Position numbers and translations under genes: made by a program. This document shows, piece after piece, positions 9,069-18,845 of a stretch of DNA of 56,305 nucleotides. Source of the stretch: Mucilaginibacter sp. (lineage in GTDB: Bacteria; Bacteroidota; Bacteroidia; Sphingobacteriales; Sphingobacteriaceae). The DNA is taken from positions 1 to 56,305 of the forward strand of contig JAQBNY010000075.1 in NCBI GenBank assembly GCA_028288315.1, given 5' to 3'. The notes beneath the pieces are model-generated. The model was not told the origin of the DNA. It worked only from the letters and a program-made list of their open reading frames with translations, and searched no databases. Position 1 is the stretch's first letter. Every line of letters starts with the position of its first letter.

Positions 9069-11399
9069 ATGAAAAGATACTTATACCTATTTATCCTTGC
9101 TTGCTTTGTAAATACCAATGCTCATGCGCAAAACAAACCACTAAAACTGTGGTATGATAAACCGGCATCCCAGTGGGAAGAGACATTGCCCTTAGGAAAT
9201 GGCCGTTTGGGTATGATGCCTGATGGGGGTATAAATGAAGAGCACATTGTGTTAAATGATATTACTCTTTGGTCTGGTGCGCCGCAAGATGCAAACAACT
9301 ACGAAGCCTATAAAAGTCTGCCCGAGATACGAAGACTCCTTGCCGAAGGAAAGAACGATGAAGCTCAGAAATTGGTTGATAAAAACTTCATTTGTAAAGG
9401 AATAGGATCTGGAGGGGTGCCCTTTGGCTGTTACCAGGTTTTGGGCGATCTGAATATTAAGTTCAATTACTCAAACACGGAGAAAGCAGGGAATCCTACC
9501 AACTACAAGCGGGAATTATCATTGGAAAACGCAATTGCCAACTGTACATATGTTGTTGATGGCGTTACTTATAAACGCGAATATTTTACCAGCTTTGGCA
9601 ATGATGTCAGTATCATTAAAATTTCAGCCGATAAACCCGGGCAATTAAATTTAAGTATTGCATTATCCCGCCCGGAAAAATCAGTAACTATTGAAAAGAA
9701 TGGCGAGCTTCAAATGTATGGTCAGCTAAGTAGTGGTACTGCAGATGGTGGAATGCAATATTTAACTAAATTAAAAACCCGGTTAAAAGGCGGCAGCTTA
9801 AGCCATGATGATAACAAGTTAGTTGTTAAAAATGCCACAGAGGTTATTATTTACATCTCAGCAGGTACAAATTTTAAAGGCGCAGATTTTAAGAAGAATG
9901 TAGATGTAGCACTTAACGCTGCTTTAGCAACCACTTACGCGCAGGAAAGGGTGCAACATATTTCTCAATATCAAAAGCTATTCAAGAGGGTGTCTGTAGC
10001 ATTAGGTGAGGATAATGCTGCTGAGGAACCAACTGATAAAAGGCTGATCAGTTTCCATAAAAACCCTAATGCCGATAAATTCCTGCCTATACTATTTTAT
10101 CAGTTTGGGCGATATTTAAGCATAAGCAGTACACGTGTAGGCTTATTACCGCCAAACTTGCAGGGCTTATGGGCTAATCAAATACAAACACCTTGGAACG
10201 GAGATTATCATTTGGATGTTAACGTTCAAATGAACCATTGGCCGGTTGAGGTATCTAATTTATCAGAACTCAATTTGCCCTTAGCTGAGCTGGTAAAGGG
10301 AATGGTAAAGCCAGGGGAACGTACGGCAAAAGCGTATTACAATGCCAATGGTTGGGTAGCGCACGTTATAACTAATGTATGGGGCTTTACAGAGCCAGGC
10401 GAAAGCGCCTCATGGGGTGTTACCAAATCCGGGTCGGGCTGGTTGTGTAATAATTTGTGGGAGCACTATGCATTTACCGAAGATAAAGAATACCTGCGCA
10501 ATATTTACCCAATCTTAAAGGGTTCTGCCCAGTTTTATAGCAGTATGCTTAATCATGATGACAAAACGGGCTGGCTGGTAACATCGCCGTCCTCATCGCC
10601 AGAAAATAGTTTTTATCTACCCAATGGAAAAACCGCCAGTATATGCGTTGGGCCCACTATTGATAATCAGATAATAAGGGAGCTGTTCAATAATGTAATA
10701 ACAGCTGCCAAGCTTTTAGGTAAAGACGAAGATTTAAGGAAAGATCTTACTGCTAAACTAAAACAATTGCCACCGGTAGGCCAGGTAAGTAAAGATGGCC
10801 GCCTGATGGAATGGCTGGAAGATTACAAAGAAACCGAGCCACAACACAGGCATATATCACATTTATACGGCTTATACCCGGCATCATTGATTACGCCGGA
10901 AGCTACCCCGGCATTGGCCGAGGCATGTAAGAAAACGCTTGAGGTTAGGGGAGACGATGGCCCAAGCTGGTCCATCGCATATAAATTATTGTTTTGGGCG
11001 CGCCTGCATGACGGCAATCGTGCTTACAAACTATTTACCGAGATAATGAAACCTACGCTTAAAACCAATATTAACTATGGAGCCGGCGGTGGTATTTATC
11101 CGAATTTATTATCGGCAGGGCCGCCATTTCAAATTGACGGTAATTTTGGTACCACTGCGGGTATTGCCGAAATGCTTATACAAAGCCATGCCGGTTTTAT
11201 TGAATTATTGCCTGCTTTGCCGGATAATTGGAAAGCAACAGGTGAAGTAAAAGGGATGAGAGCCAGGGGGAATTATACGGTAGATTTTAGCTGGAAAAAT
11301 GGGAAAGTGATTAATTGCCGGATAATTTCTTCCAACACTCGAAAAGTGAAGGTAAAGATCAATGGACAATTAAAAACCTTCAGTACTGTAAAATCATAA
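9069..11399 (+). CDS. GH95 alpha-L-fucosidase / alpha-L-galactosidase
   Basis: LPLGNGRLG, QFGRYL, NLQGLW, DYHLDVNVQMNHW, SPEN, HRHISHL, PFQIDGNFG; signal peptide. Confidence 0.95.
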   Translation: MKRYLYLFILACFVNTNAHAQNKPLKLWYDKPASQWEETLPLGNGRLGMMPDGGINEEHIVLNDITLWSGAPQDANNYEAYKSLPEIRRLLAEGKNDEAQKLVDKNFICKGIGSGGVPFGCYQVLGDLNIKFNYSNTEKAGNPTNYKRELSLENAIANCTYVVDGVTYKREYFTSFGNDVSIIKISADKPGQLNLSIALSRPEKSVTIEKNGELQMYGQLSSGTADGGMQYLTKLKTRLKGGSLSHDDNKLVVKNATEVIIYISAGTNFKGADFKKNVDVALNAALATTYAQERVQHISQYQKLFKRVSVALGEDNAAEEPTDKRLISFHKNPNADKFLPILFYQFGRYLSISSTRVGLLPPNLQGLWANQIQTPWNGDYHLDVNVQMNHWPVEVSNLSELNLPLAELVKGMVKPGERTAKAYYNANGWVAHVITNVWGFTEPGESASWGVTKSGSGWLCNNLWEHYAFTEDKEYLRNIYPILKGSAQFYSSMLNHDDKTGWLVTSPSSSPENSFYLPNGKTASICVGPTIDNQIIRELFNNVITAAKLLGKDEDLRKDLTAKLKQLPPVGQVSKDGRLMEWLEDYKETEPQHRHISHLYGLYPASLITPEATPALAEACKKTLEVRGDDGPSWSIAYKLLFWARLHDGNRAYKLFTEIMKPTLKTNINYGAGGGIYPNLLSAGPPFQIDGNFGTTAGIAEMLIQSHAGFIELLPALPDNWKATGEVKGMRARGNYTVDFSWKNGKVINCRIISSNTRKVKVKINGQLKTFSTVKS

Positions 11400-11418
11400 A
11401 TTCTTAGTAGTTAAATAA

Positions 11419-13464
11419 ATGCTTAAAACTTATATCCGGTATTTAACCAGTATCTTGTTTCCGTTTGTTTTTGTATTTCAGGCCAATGCAGGTACTAAGC
11501 CATTAAATGGTGATGTTGTTAATATTCCTTTTGGGCAAAACGGAAGGATAGATTACAACTTAAAAACGGGGACATTCAACGTATCCAGGAATGGCCGCAG
11601 TATTTTTTTAAATATATACTCTTCAGCAAAGGTAAATACTGATACCATCACCTCAAAAGATTACCAGGTAAGAAAGTATAGCAAAGTTGTTATAAAAGAT
11701 GGCATTGGTAAAGGGTTTAAGCATACTGTGTTGTTAATAGCTAAAGGACTGCCGCAAATGAAACAGGTATTTTATACATATGCCGGGAAAGATTATTTTC
11801 TATCGGAGTTATCGCTTATCGGGACTTCGCTTAAAAGTAATTACATGTCGCCATTTACGGGGCAGTTAAGCTCAATTGCGGGTAAGGATGTTCGGTCATT
11901 ATTTGTGCCTTTTGATAACGATACTTTTATTAGTTATAATTCAAAGCCATTTACAGGTATAACAGGTATAAGCTCAGAAGTAGGAGCCGTTTTTTCAAAC
12001 CAAAGCAGGGCAGGTGTAGTAGCCGGTTCAGTAGAGCACGAAGTATGGAAGACAGGTGTGGATATAGAACCGCATTCGGTAGCAAACCAAATTGCAGTAT
12101 GGGGTGGATATACAGCCGAAGCGGTAACCCGCGACAAAATTGAACATGGCTCAATAAGCGGTAATGTAATTAAATCGCCTAAGATATTTGTTGGTTACTT
12201 TAGCGATTGGCGTATAGGCATGGAAGAATATGGCAAGATTAACAGGATTACCGAGCCTCCGTACATTTTTAACTGGACCAAACCTACTCCGGTAGGCTGG
12301 AACAGCTGGGGGGTGATACAAGGGAAACTATCTTATGATAAGGTCATAAAAACAGCCGATTTTTTTGCTGATAGTATCCCCGAATTCCGAACCGGTAATA
12401 CGGCTTATATTGATTTGGATTCGTATTGGGACAACCTTGTTTCAAATGGGGATTATAGCAAGCTTAAACAAGTTGCAGATTATTGTAAAGCTAAAGGACT
12501 TGAGCCTGGTGTTTACTGGGCGCCATTTACCGACTGGGGGCACGCCGGCGGGCCAAACAGGAATGTTGATGGCAGTAATTATAAGTTTGGCCAACTATGG
12601 ACTAAAACAGGTAACGGTTATCATGATCTTGATGGCGCAAGGGCAATAGATCCAACTCATCCCGGAACCAAACAGCGCATAACTTTTGTAATAGGCAAAC
12701 TTAAAGCTTGTGGTTTTAAAATGATCAAGATAGATTTTTTAGGGCATGCCGCTATTGAAAGTAACAAGTTCTATGATACCACGGTAACAACGGGTATGCA
12801 GGCTTACAGAAAGGGGATGGAGTACCTAATAGATCAGCTTGGCGGTCAAATGTTGGTATACGCTGCTATATCACCCAGTTTGGCAACAGGCAGGTACGTA
12901 CATATGAGACGTATTGCCTGTGATGCTTTTAAGACAATAGATCATACACAATATACGCTGAATAGTGTAAGCTACGGCTGGTGGCAATCTAATTTATATA
13001 ATTACATTGATGCCGACCACGTGGTTTTTGCTGATGAAACAATGGGAGCCAACCGGGCCCGTCTGTTATCGGCATTAGTTACCGGCACATGGATATCCGG
13101 TGATGACTTTACAATAAACGGCCAATGGTCTGCCCGTATAAAAAAGTTCTTCCAGGATGCTGAATTAATTGCGCTGGTAAAAAATGGGAAAGCATTCAGG
13201 CCCCTTGAAGGAAATACAGGTACCGGCGCATCGGAGGTATTTACTAAAAAGATAGGCAACAATTTTTATGTAGCTGTTGTCAATTATTCCAAAGACAAGA
13301 AAGCATTTTTTATGCCATCCCAACGTTTAGGTATTGATGTATCAAAAATTATTCAAGTGAAAGAGTTATTGCAGGGCAATACAATTGAGTTGAAAAATGG
13401 TATAAGGCTAATGCTTAACGGCGTGGATGCAGCTTTATACAAGTGCACATTAAATAATCAATAA
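11419..13464 (+). CDS. Clan GH-D glycoside hydrolase (GH36/GH27-like, putative alpha-galactosidase)
   Basis: GWNSW, YIDLDSYWD, IKIDF (nucleophile), RIACD (acid/base); signal peptide. Confidence 0.8.
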   Translation: MLKTYIRYLTSILFPFVFVFQANAGTKPLNGDVVNIPFGQNGRIDYNLKTGTFNVSRNGRSIFLNIYSSAKVNTDTITSKDYQVRKYSKVVIKDGIGKGFKHTVLLIAKGLPQMKQVFYTYAGKDYFLSELSLIGTSLKSNYMSPFTGQLSSIAGKDVRSLFVPFDNDTFISYNSKPFTGITGISSEVGAVFSNQSRAGVVAGSVEHEVWKTGVDIEPHSVANQIAVWGGYTAEAVTRDKIEHGSISGNVIKSPKIFVGYFSDWRIGMEEYGKINRITEPPYIFNWTKPTPVGWNSWGVIQGKLSYDKVIKTADFFADSIPEFRTGNTAYIDLDSYWDNLVSNGDYSKLKQVADYCKAKGLEPGVYWAPFTDWGHAGGPNRNVDGSNYKFGQLWTKTGNGYHDLDGARAIDPTHPGTKQRITFVIGKLKACGFKMIKIDFLGHAAIESNKFYDTTVTTGMQAYRKGMEYLIDQLGGQMLVYAAISPSLATGRYVHMRRIACDAFKTIDHTQYTLNSVSYGWWQSNLYNYIDADHVVFADETMGANRARLLSALVTGTWISGDDFTINGQWSARIKKFFQDAELIALVKNGKAFRPLEGNTGTGASEVFTKKIGNNFYVAVVNYSKDKKAFFMPSQRLGIDVSKIIQVKELLQGNTIELKNGIRLMLNGVDAALYKCTLNNQ

Positions 13465-13496
13465 TGTGTAAAAATGATCCGTGCAAGGAGTGCATC

Positions 13497-14519
13497 CTAA
13501 AAATAACATTTGTTAGATGTAGGGTATTCCTTACTTCTGTTAAGGTAGATGCCTATTGATATTTCATGCGAACCGTAGCTGTAATTAGCTATTGGAGCTA
13601 ATGAGTAATCAAATGCGTAGCCTATCCTTAACTTTTCTGTCGCAAAAAATTCTATTAGCCCAACAAAAGCACTTGACTTTTGAAGACCACTTTGCAAATT
13701 AGGCTTACCATACAAAGAGACCGCTGTACGGTAGGTTCCGCCTACCCATATTCTTTCATTTAAGAGCATAAACACGTTCAGATCTAAGCTGGTGGGCCCA
13801 CCCCGGTCATCTTTTATCAAAAAGGATGGTCTTATTTTAACCTCATCATTAAGTGTGTATAGCGCTCCTGCAGTAAAATAAAAATGCGGCACGGGCACTG
13901 GCACCTGTATAGATTTGTCTTGTTTCTTGGCTAATATATGGGCAACCAGGTTGTCTGCAGAAAAACCGACGAAAAACCGTTCACTTGTGTATAAAGCTCC
14001 TGCTCTGGCATCTGGAAGAATGGTACTTTGATAACCTGGAGGAATATAACTATCATCGCCTTGTACAGGATTAAGCTTTGTACCGTCAAGCCCGTTTTGA
14101 ATAAAACCTGCCCCTAAACCAAAAGCTAATCTACTATTTTCGTTAGAACCCATTTGTAAACGATACGCATAATTACCATAAACCGCCAAAGCACTTTGAG
14201 CACCAATAATATCCCGTGACAGTAAAAGGCCAAGGCCTACTTTATTATCATTCACGGCGCCGTCCAAAGCTAAGGACGAGGTTTGTGGAGCGCCTTGAAG
14301 CCCTGTCCATTGTGAGCGATAAAAAGCATTTAAATAGAGATCTTGCTTATAACCCGCGTAAGCAGGATTTATATATAAGCCGTTAAAAACATATTGGCTA
14401 AACTGCGCATCCTGCTGTGCATTGGCAATAAAACCTATAAACAACAAAAAAGTAGTAAGCCAACAGGCTTTTATGTTAATAAATTGTAACACTCTTTTTT
14501 GATCTTTTAACTTTTCCAC
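13497..14519 (-). CDS. Type IX secretion PorP/SprF family outer-membrane protein
   Basis: AQQDAQFSQYVFNGLYINPAYAG, YRSQWTGLQGAPQT, IGYAFDY, GSHEI. Confidence 0.93.
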   Translation of the reverse strand: MEKLKDQKRVLQFINIKACWLTTFLLFIGFIANAQQDAQFSQYVFNGLYINPAYAGYKQDLYLNAFYRSQWTGLQGAPQTSSLALDGAVNDNKVGLGLLLSRDIIGAQSALAVYGNYAYRLQMGSNENSRLAFGLGAGFIQNGLDGTKLNPVQGDDSYIPPGYQSTILPDARAGALYTSERFFVGFSADNLVAHILAKKQDKSIQVPVPVPHFYFTAGALYTLNDEVKIRPSFLIKDDRGGPTSLDLNVFMLLNERIWVGGTYRTAVSLYGKPNLQSGLQKSSAFVGLIEFFATEKLRIGYAFDYSLAPIANYSYGSHEISIGIYLNRSKEYPTSNKCYF

Positions 14520-14537
14520 TTTTAATCCTTTTCAATC

Positions 14538-15515
14538 TTAACTTCGCTTTGACCTTAGTAGGGTTATATACCCTTTATATGTATCCCAGTTACCTTTATG
14601 GCTTTTTACTTTAAGTAAATAGAAGTATGTACCTTCGTTCAATCCCTCACCAGTCCATTCGTTGTTATAGTTTGTTTTCTGATACACGCTATTTCCCCAG
14701 CGATTGATAATTATAATTTCATTACTTGCATAATTGGCTAAATCCGGTATCACAAATGTGTCGTTTTTACCATCACCGTTAGGCGTAAAAACATTCGGAA
14801 CACGTAAACCCTTTATCACTTTTGTATCAGAGGAGGTGTTATTAGCGGGGTTAGGATCAGTTTCAAACGCATGTACCATTGCAGTATTTGTTACAGGCCC
14901 ATCATCTGTTGCTTTAACAAGCAGGTTTAACTTAGCAGTAGCATTCAAGTCAACATGGTCAATCTTCCAGGTAAGTACCCTACTGGTAATGTCATAATTA
15001 GCGCTACCTGCAGATGCACTCTTTACCGAAATGTATTCAAGATTATCGGGCAAGGCATCATTTACCTGCACCTTAGTTGCTCTAATTGGACCTTTGTTTG
15101 CAACAGTTAACAAATATTCAAATGGTTCCCCTACCTGCACATCCCTGCTTTCTGACTGTTTGGTAATCATCATATCTGTAATTAGGTCTAACACATGTAC
15201 CTCAATTGCAGTTGAAGGATCTGACGAGCAGGCTTCCGCATTTAAAGCACGTACCGTATATATACCTCCCTGAGTAATAGTATAAGCCGGGTATATGGCC
15301 CCGGGTATGGGCTGGCCATCTTTATACCACTGGTAACCCGCAGCCGTGATTGATGTATTTGCATGTATGGTAATAGACTCACCACGGATAATAGATAACA
15401 CCTTGGTTTGTCCTAAAGCGCCACACGGAAACAGGATTAAGCATGTTATTGTAAAAAACAATAACATGCTTAAATAACAGTTAGTATATGCCTGTCCTGT
15501 GTCGCTTAATCTCAT
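14538..15515 (-). CDS. T9SS type-B CTD (gliding-motility C-terminal domain) protein with Ig-like and DUF11 domains
   Basis: YQWYKDG Ig repeat; YLLTVANKGP...DPNPANNTS DUF11; VPNVFTPNGDGKNDTF...NRWG...GTYFY CTD; upstream of PorP. Confidence 0.9.
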   Translation of the reverse strand: MRLSDTGQAYTNCYLSMLLFFTITCLILFPCGALGQTKVLSIIRGESITIHANTSITAAGYQWYKDGQPIPGAIYPAYTITQGGIYTVRALNAEACSSDPSTAIEVHVLDLITDMMITKQSESRDVQVGEPFEYLLTVANKGPIRATKVQVNDALPDNLEYISVKSASAGSANYDITSRVLTWKIDHVDLNATAKLNLLVKATDDGPVTNTAMVHAFETDPNPANNTSSDTKVIKGLRVPNVFTPNGDGKNDTFVIPDLANYASNEIIIINRWGNSVYQKTNYNNEWTGEGLNEGTYFYLLKVKSHKGNWDTYKGYITLLRSKRS

Positions 15516-15541
15516 TTACATAACCATTATATACAAACCAT

Positions 15542-16237
15542 TTAATTAATGGTTATAGTAGGTGTAGGCAGCGCAATTACTGCTATGGCTTTATTAGCAG
15601 ATGTTTTTGTACAGCTTGTATTGAAGACATAGTTAACTTTAACAGCAAAATTAACTGTAGCTGTAGCTGTTGATTCACTTACTGTATAAGTAGCTAAGGT
15701 AGCGCTAGGAATATCTATACCATCTCTTGTCCATTGGTAGTTATATTGAAAATTCCCATCCAATCCTGTTATTGTTAATGGAGTTGTACTTTGATTGCTT
15801 GCGCAGACATTAGATTGGCCGGCAATTACTGGTGCTAAAGGAGGAAGAACAAACACAGTAATAGGGTTTGATATTGTAGAACAAGTGTTACTATTTATCT
15901 CTTCAACAGTATAAGTGTAATAGCCCGCCGCTGAAGGTGTTTCTGAGTAAGTAGTGTTAGCCCCTGCAGCACCGGGACCTAAAACCACCACCATGGTACC
16001 GGAACTATTTTTTTTCCTCCATACATAGGTAGAAGTGGCATTCGGCGTGGTGGCTGATAAGCTAATGGTACCACCTGCACATATAATCTTACCTACTGCA
16101 CCAGCGGTAGCAGGTGCAGCTGTAGCCGGATAGGCATCGCTGGGGGTATCGAAAGCTTGTGCCGAAGCCTTGAGGCTGATAAATGTTAACATCAAAACAA
16201 TAATTGATGCTTGTAATAAGATAAACGTTTTTTTCAT
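15542..16237 (-). CDS. Secreted protein with two Ig-like (SprB-type) repeats, no CTD
   Basis: Signal peptide ending ASAQ; ICAGGTISLSA...YVW, VCAS...YQWTRDG; Thr/Ala-rich. Confidence 0.75.
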   Translation of the reverse strand: MKKTFILLQASIIVLMLTFISLKASAQAFDTPSDAYPATAAPATAGAVGKIICAGGTISLSATTPNATSTYVWRKKNSSGTMVVVLGPGAAGANTTYSETPSAAGYYTYTVEEINSNTCSTISNPITVFVLPPLAPVIAGQSNVCASNQSTTPLTITGLDGNFQYNYQWTRDGIDIPSATLATYTVSESTATATVNFAVKVNYVFNTSCTKTSANKAIAVIALPTPTITIN

Positions 16238-16698
16238 GAGATCAAAATTTTAAATTGTGATGGGTTTTTTATAAAGGTGTAATGAATAGCTTTGGGAGGA
16301 TAGCGGGATAAGTTGCCATTTAGTACCTGGTTATTTGCCATGTCAATGGTTTCCCACCAGTAAGTACCAGATGAAGTTACTGTGATAGAAGGCAAAGTTG
16401 AACCTGTGCTCCAGAGATAATTGGACTGGCCAGGGTCGGCAGTTAATAACTTGCTGGCTGCGTCGCAAACCGGAACAGGTGTGTGAGACCCGCAAACAGT
16501 CGGAATATATTGAAGTGAAGATGTATTATTTGTTTGCTCTGTATTTAAATTATAGTTTTTTTGATGCCCTGCTGTTTTGTTTATTCCCAGCGCTATAAAA
16601 AAAATACAGCTTATTGATAAAATTAAAATGATACAGACTTGCCGTTGATTGGGTAAAAAATCATAATAGGATATTATACCATAATTTTTCTTGTTCAT
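16234..16698 (-). CDS. Hypothetical membrane-anchored protein with one adhesin-type repeat; possibly truncated
   Basis: N-terminal hydrophobic segment; LTADPGQSNYLWSTGSTLPSITVTSSGTYW repeat; stop overlaps next start (ATGA). Confidence 0.55.
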   Translation of the reverse strand: MNKKNYGIISYYDFLPNQRQVCIILILSISCIFFIALGINKTAGHQKNYNLNTEQTNNTSSLQYIPTVCGSHTPVPVCDAASKLLTADPGQSNYLWSTGSTLPSITVTSSGTYWWETIDMANNQVLNGNLSRYPPKAIHYTFIKNPSQFKILIS

Positions 16699-17080
16699 AC
16701 AGATTATCGCAGTAGTAATAATCTCTTTTACGGAAGCATTGCACTAATAGTTTAATTTATTTATTGATTTTGCTATTTAACATCCAATAAAATAACCATA
16801 CTCTATAATTATTCCTATAGGTTGTATTTTAAATGTTTGAGAAATAATATAATATCTTTTTTCAGGGTTATTATTAAGTGAAAACTTGAATTTTTATAGT
16901 ATCCATACCGGATAGTTTCACAACACTAAATGCGGCTATTGTATGAGTTCTGAAAACCCATCCATAATAAATTGATATATTACCTGTTTGGTTAAGAGCC
17001 TGAATGGGGGACAGAAAAAGTCGTTGCCTAAAAGGAGATGTACATAAGGCTGGCGCAAGAATATTGTGAAATTATTACCG

Positions 17081-17473
17081 CTAAGCTACCATCCTATAAG
17101 CTAAAATATCTATTTGCTTAAGAATGCTTTCTAATTGAAAATTAAAATCAAATAGTGAACATGTTCCTTGTTCATAATCAGATATTAATTGTTTTAGTTT
17201 TTGTTCAATTTCTTGTTTTATATATACTGTTTCAATGGGGCTAAAGGGAGTATATCTGTTTGTACTATAATAATCCATAGATATAACAGTAGCTTCAAGT
17301 TCAGATTCTATTTGAAGAATTTTTAATAAAGCATTTCTATATGAATATATAGGATCAACCTCTTTTAAATTTACTATAGGTACGTTTATTTTACTATTCT
17401 TTTTAAGGCTAAGTAAAATTGATGTTATATACGAAATTCCTAAAATAGCAATTGATAAAATAACGAGATACAT
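17081..17473 (-). CDS. Hypothetical protein, single N-terminal TM helix
   Basis: 130-aa ORF in very AT-rich DNA, ATG start, hydrophobic N-terminus; divergent from wza. Confidence 0.6.
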   Translation of the reverse strand: MYLVILSIAILGISYITSILLSLKKNSKINVPIVNLKEVDPIYSYRNALLKILQIESELEATVISMDYYSTNRYTPFSPIETVYIKQEIEQKLKQLISDYEQGTCSLFDFNFQLESILKQIDILAYRMVA

Positions 17474-18005
17474 AATAATTTTATTCGGCTATAGATAATT
17501 TTATTATCTTATTACGAATAAAATTAAATTTTGTTGTGAAAAAGTTACTTAATATAACTTCTTTTTTAAGTACTCCAATTGGATTAAGAATTCTTTATTG
17601 AGGCTTTTTTAATAGATAGCCTGATACTATAAAAACAAGTTAATTGTGGTAACTAAATAAGTATTAACTGTATGCAATTATATAAACCTCTAATCATAAA
17701 CCTTCTATAGCTTAATTAAGGCAGGCCAGTTTACCAAAGCCAATATTATACTTAAAAAGCTGTAGCAAGAGTAGCCTTAATCAAATGTTTACTCTTTCTG
17801 AAAAATAAACCAGTTGCAGTGATATAAAAATGCAGGGTGGCTGAAACCACATAATTTTTTTATAAATAGAGCTTATTTATACACATTATTTACAGATTAT
17901 GTAAACTTTTTTATAACTGGTTTACACTATTAGTATAATTGGATGGGATTTTTTACAGTTTAATATCCATATATGAAAAATATATTTATTTGGAGGCCAA
18001 TTAAA

Positions 18006-18013
18006 TATATTTG
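18006..18013 (+). promoter_or_regulatory. Candidate Bacteroidota -7 promoter element of wza operon
   Basis: TATATTTG matches TAnnTTTG, 21 nt before ATG; canonical -33 spacing not found. Confidence 0.45.
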
Positions 18014-18034
18014 TTATAACCAATTTAAACTATA

Positions 18035-18814
18035 ATGATTATACCTAAACAGATAATTATTGCGAGATATTATCCTTACTTGCTTTTGCTTTTTATATTA
18101 TTTACCGGCTGCGCCCCAAAACGCGACCTGGTATATTTCAGTGATATGACAAGTTCATCTATTATTACCGATACCCTAAAACAGGATATAATAATTGACG
18201 AGAATGACATTTTAAGTGTTACAGTAAATAGCTTGAACCCAGAATCCAATCGGTTGTTTTCTGGAAACATAAACGCATCAGCTGATCCTTCAACTCAAAA
18301 GGTTGGTTACAAAGTGAATAAAGATGGCATTATACAATTACCACTAATTGGAAATTATAAGGTGAAAGGTTTAACTATAGAGAGGGCCAGGATAGGCATT
18401 TTAACAGAGTTAAGTAAACAAATAATAAAACCGGTAGTGGATGTTAAGCTTTTGAATTTTAAAATTACAGTTATAGGCGAAGTTAACAAACCATCGAATT
18501 TTAACATACCTGATGATAAAATTAATTTGCTTGAAGCTTTGGGCCTGGCAGGAGATATGACAGTTTACGGAAAAAGAGAAAATGTGCTTGTAATTAGAAA
18601 TGAAAATGGCAGTAAAACAATGAAAAGATTAAACCTTAACAAACAGGAAACTATTACTTCGCCTTATTTCTACCTAAAGCAAAATGATATAGTTTATGTA
18701 GAGCCAGACAGGGCAAAAGCATTTGAATATAGCCAAAACACGCGTATACTACCCATTATTATTGCTTCAATTTCTGCAGCTGCAGTATTGGCCGCAGTAC
18801 TGTTAAAAAGGTAA
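18035..18814 (+). CDS. wza: Polysaccharide export outer-membrane lipoprotein
   Basis: Lipobox FTGC; DILSVTV, ITVIGEV, LEALGLAGDMTVYGKRENV, QNDIVYVEP. Confidence 0.93.
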   Translation: MIIPKQIIIARYYPYLLLLFILFTGCAPKRDLVYFSDMTSSSIITDTLKQDIIIDENDILSVTVNSLNPESNRLFSGNINASADPSTQKVGYKVNKDGIIQLPLIGNYKVKGLTIERARIGILTELSKQIIKPVVDVKLLNFKITVIGEVNKPSNFNIPDDKINLLEALGLAGDMTVYGKRENVLVIRNENGSKTMKRLNLNKQETITSPYFYLKQNDIVYVEPDRAKAFEYSQNTRILPIIIASISAAAVLAAVLLKR

Positions 18815-18845
18815 TTTAAGTAAGCATAATGCTAAATTAAGAGAT

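Noticed and set aside
617-13262. Short antisense or alternate-frame ORFs within PUL genes (e.g. 617-826, 2323-2640, 2384-2662, 12365-12649)
   Set aside because: Fully nested in well-supported CDSs; no recognisable motifs
16899-17060. Possible riboswitch upstream of the T9SS cassette
   Set aside because: No recognisable c-di-GMP, TPP, cobalamin or SAM consensus by eye; needs an Infernal scan
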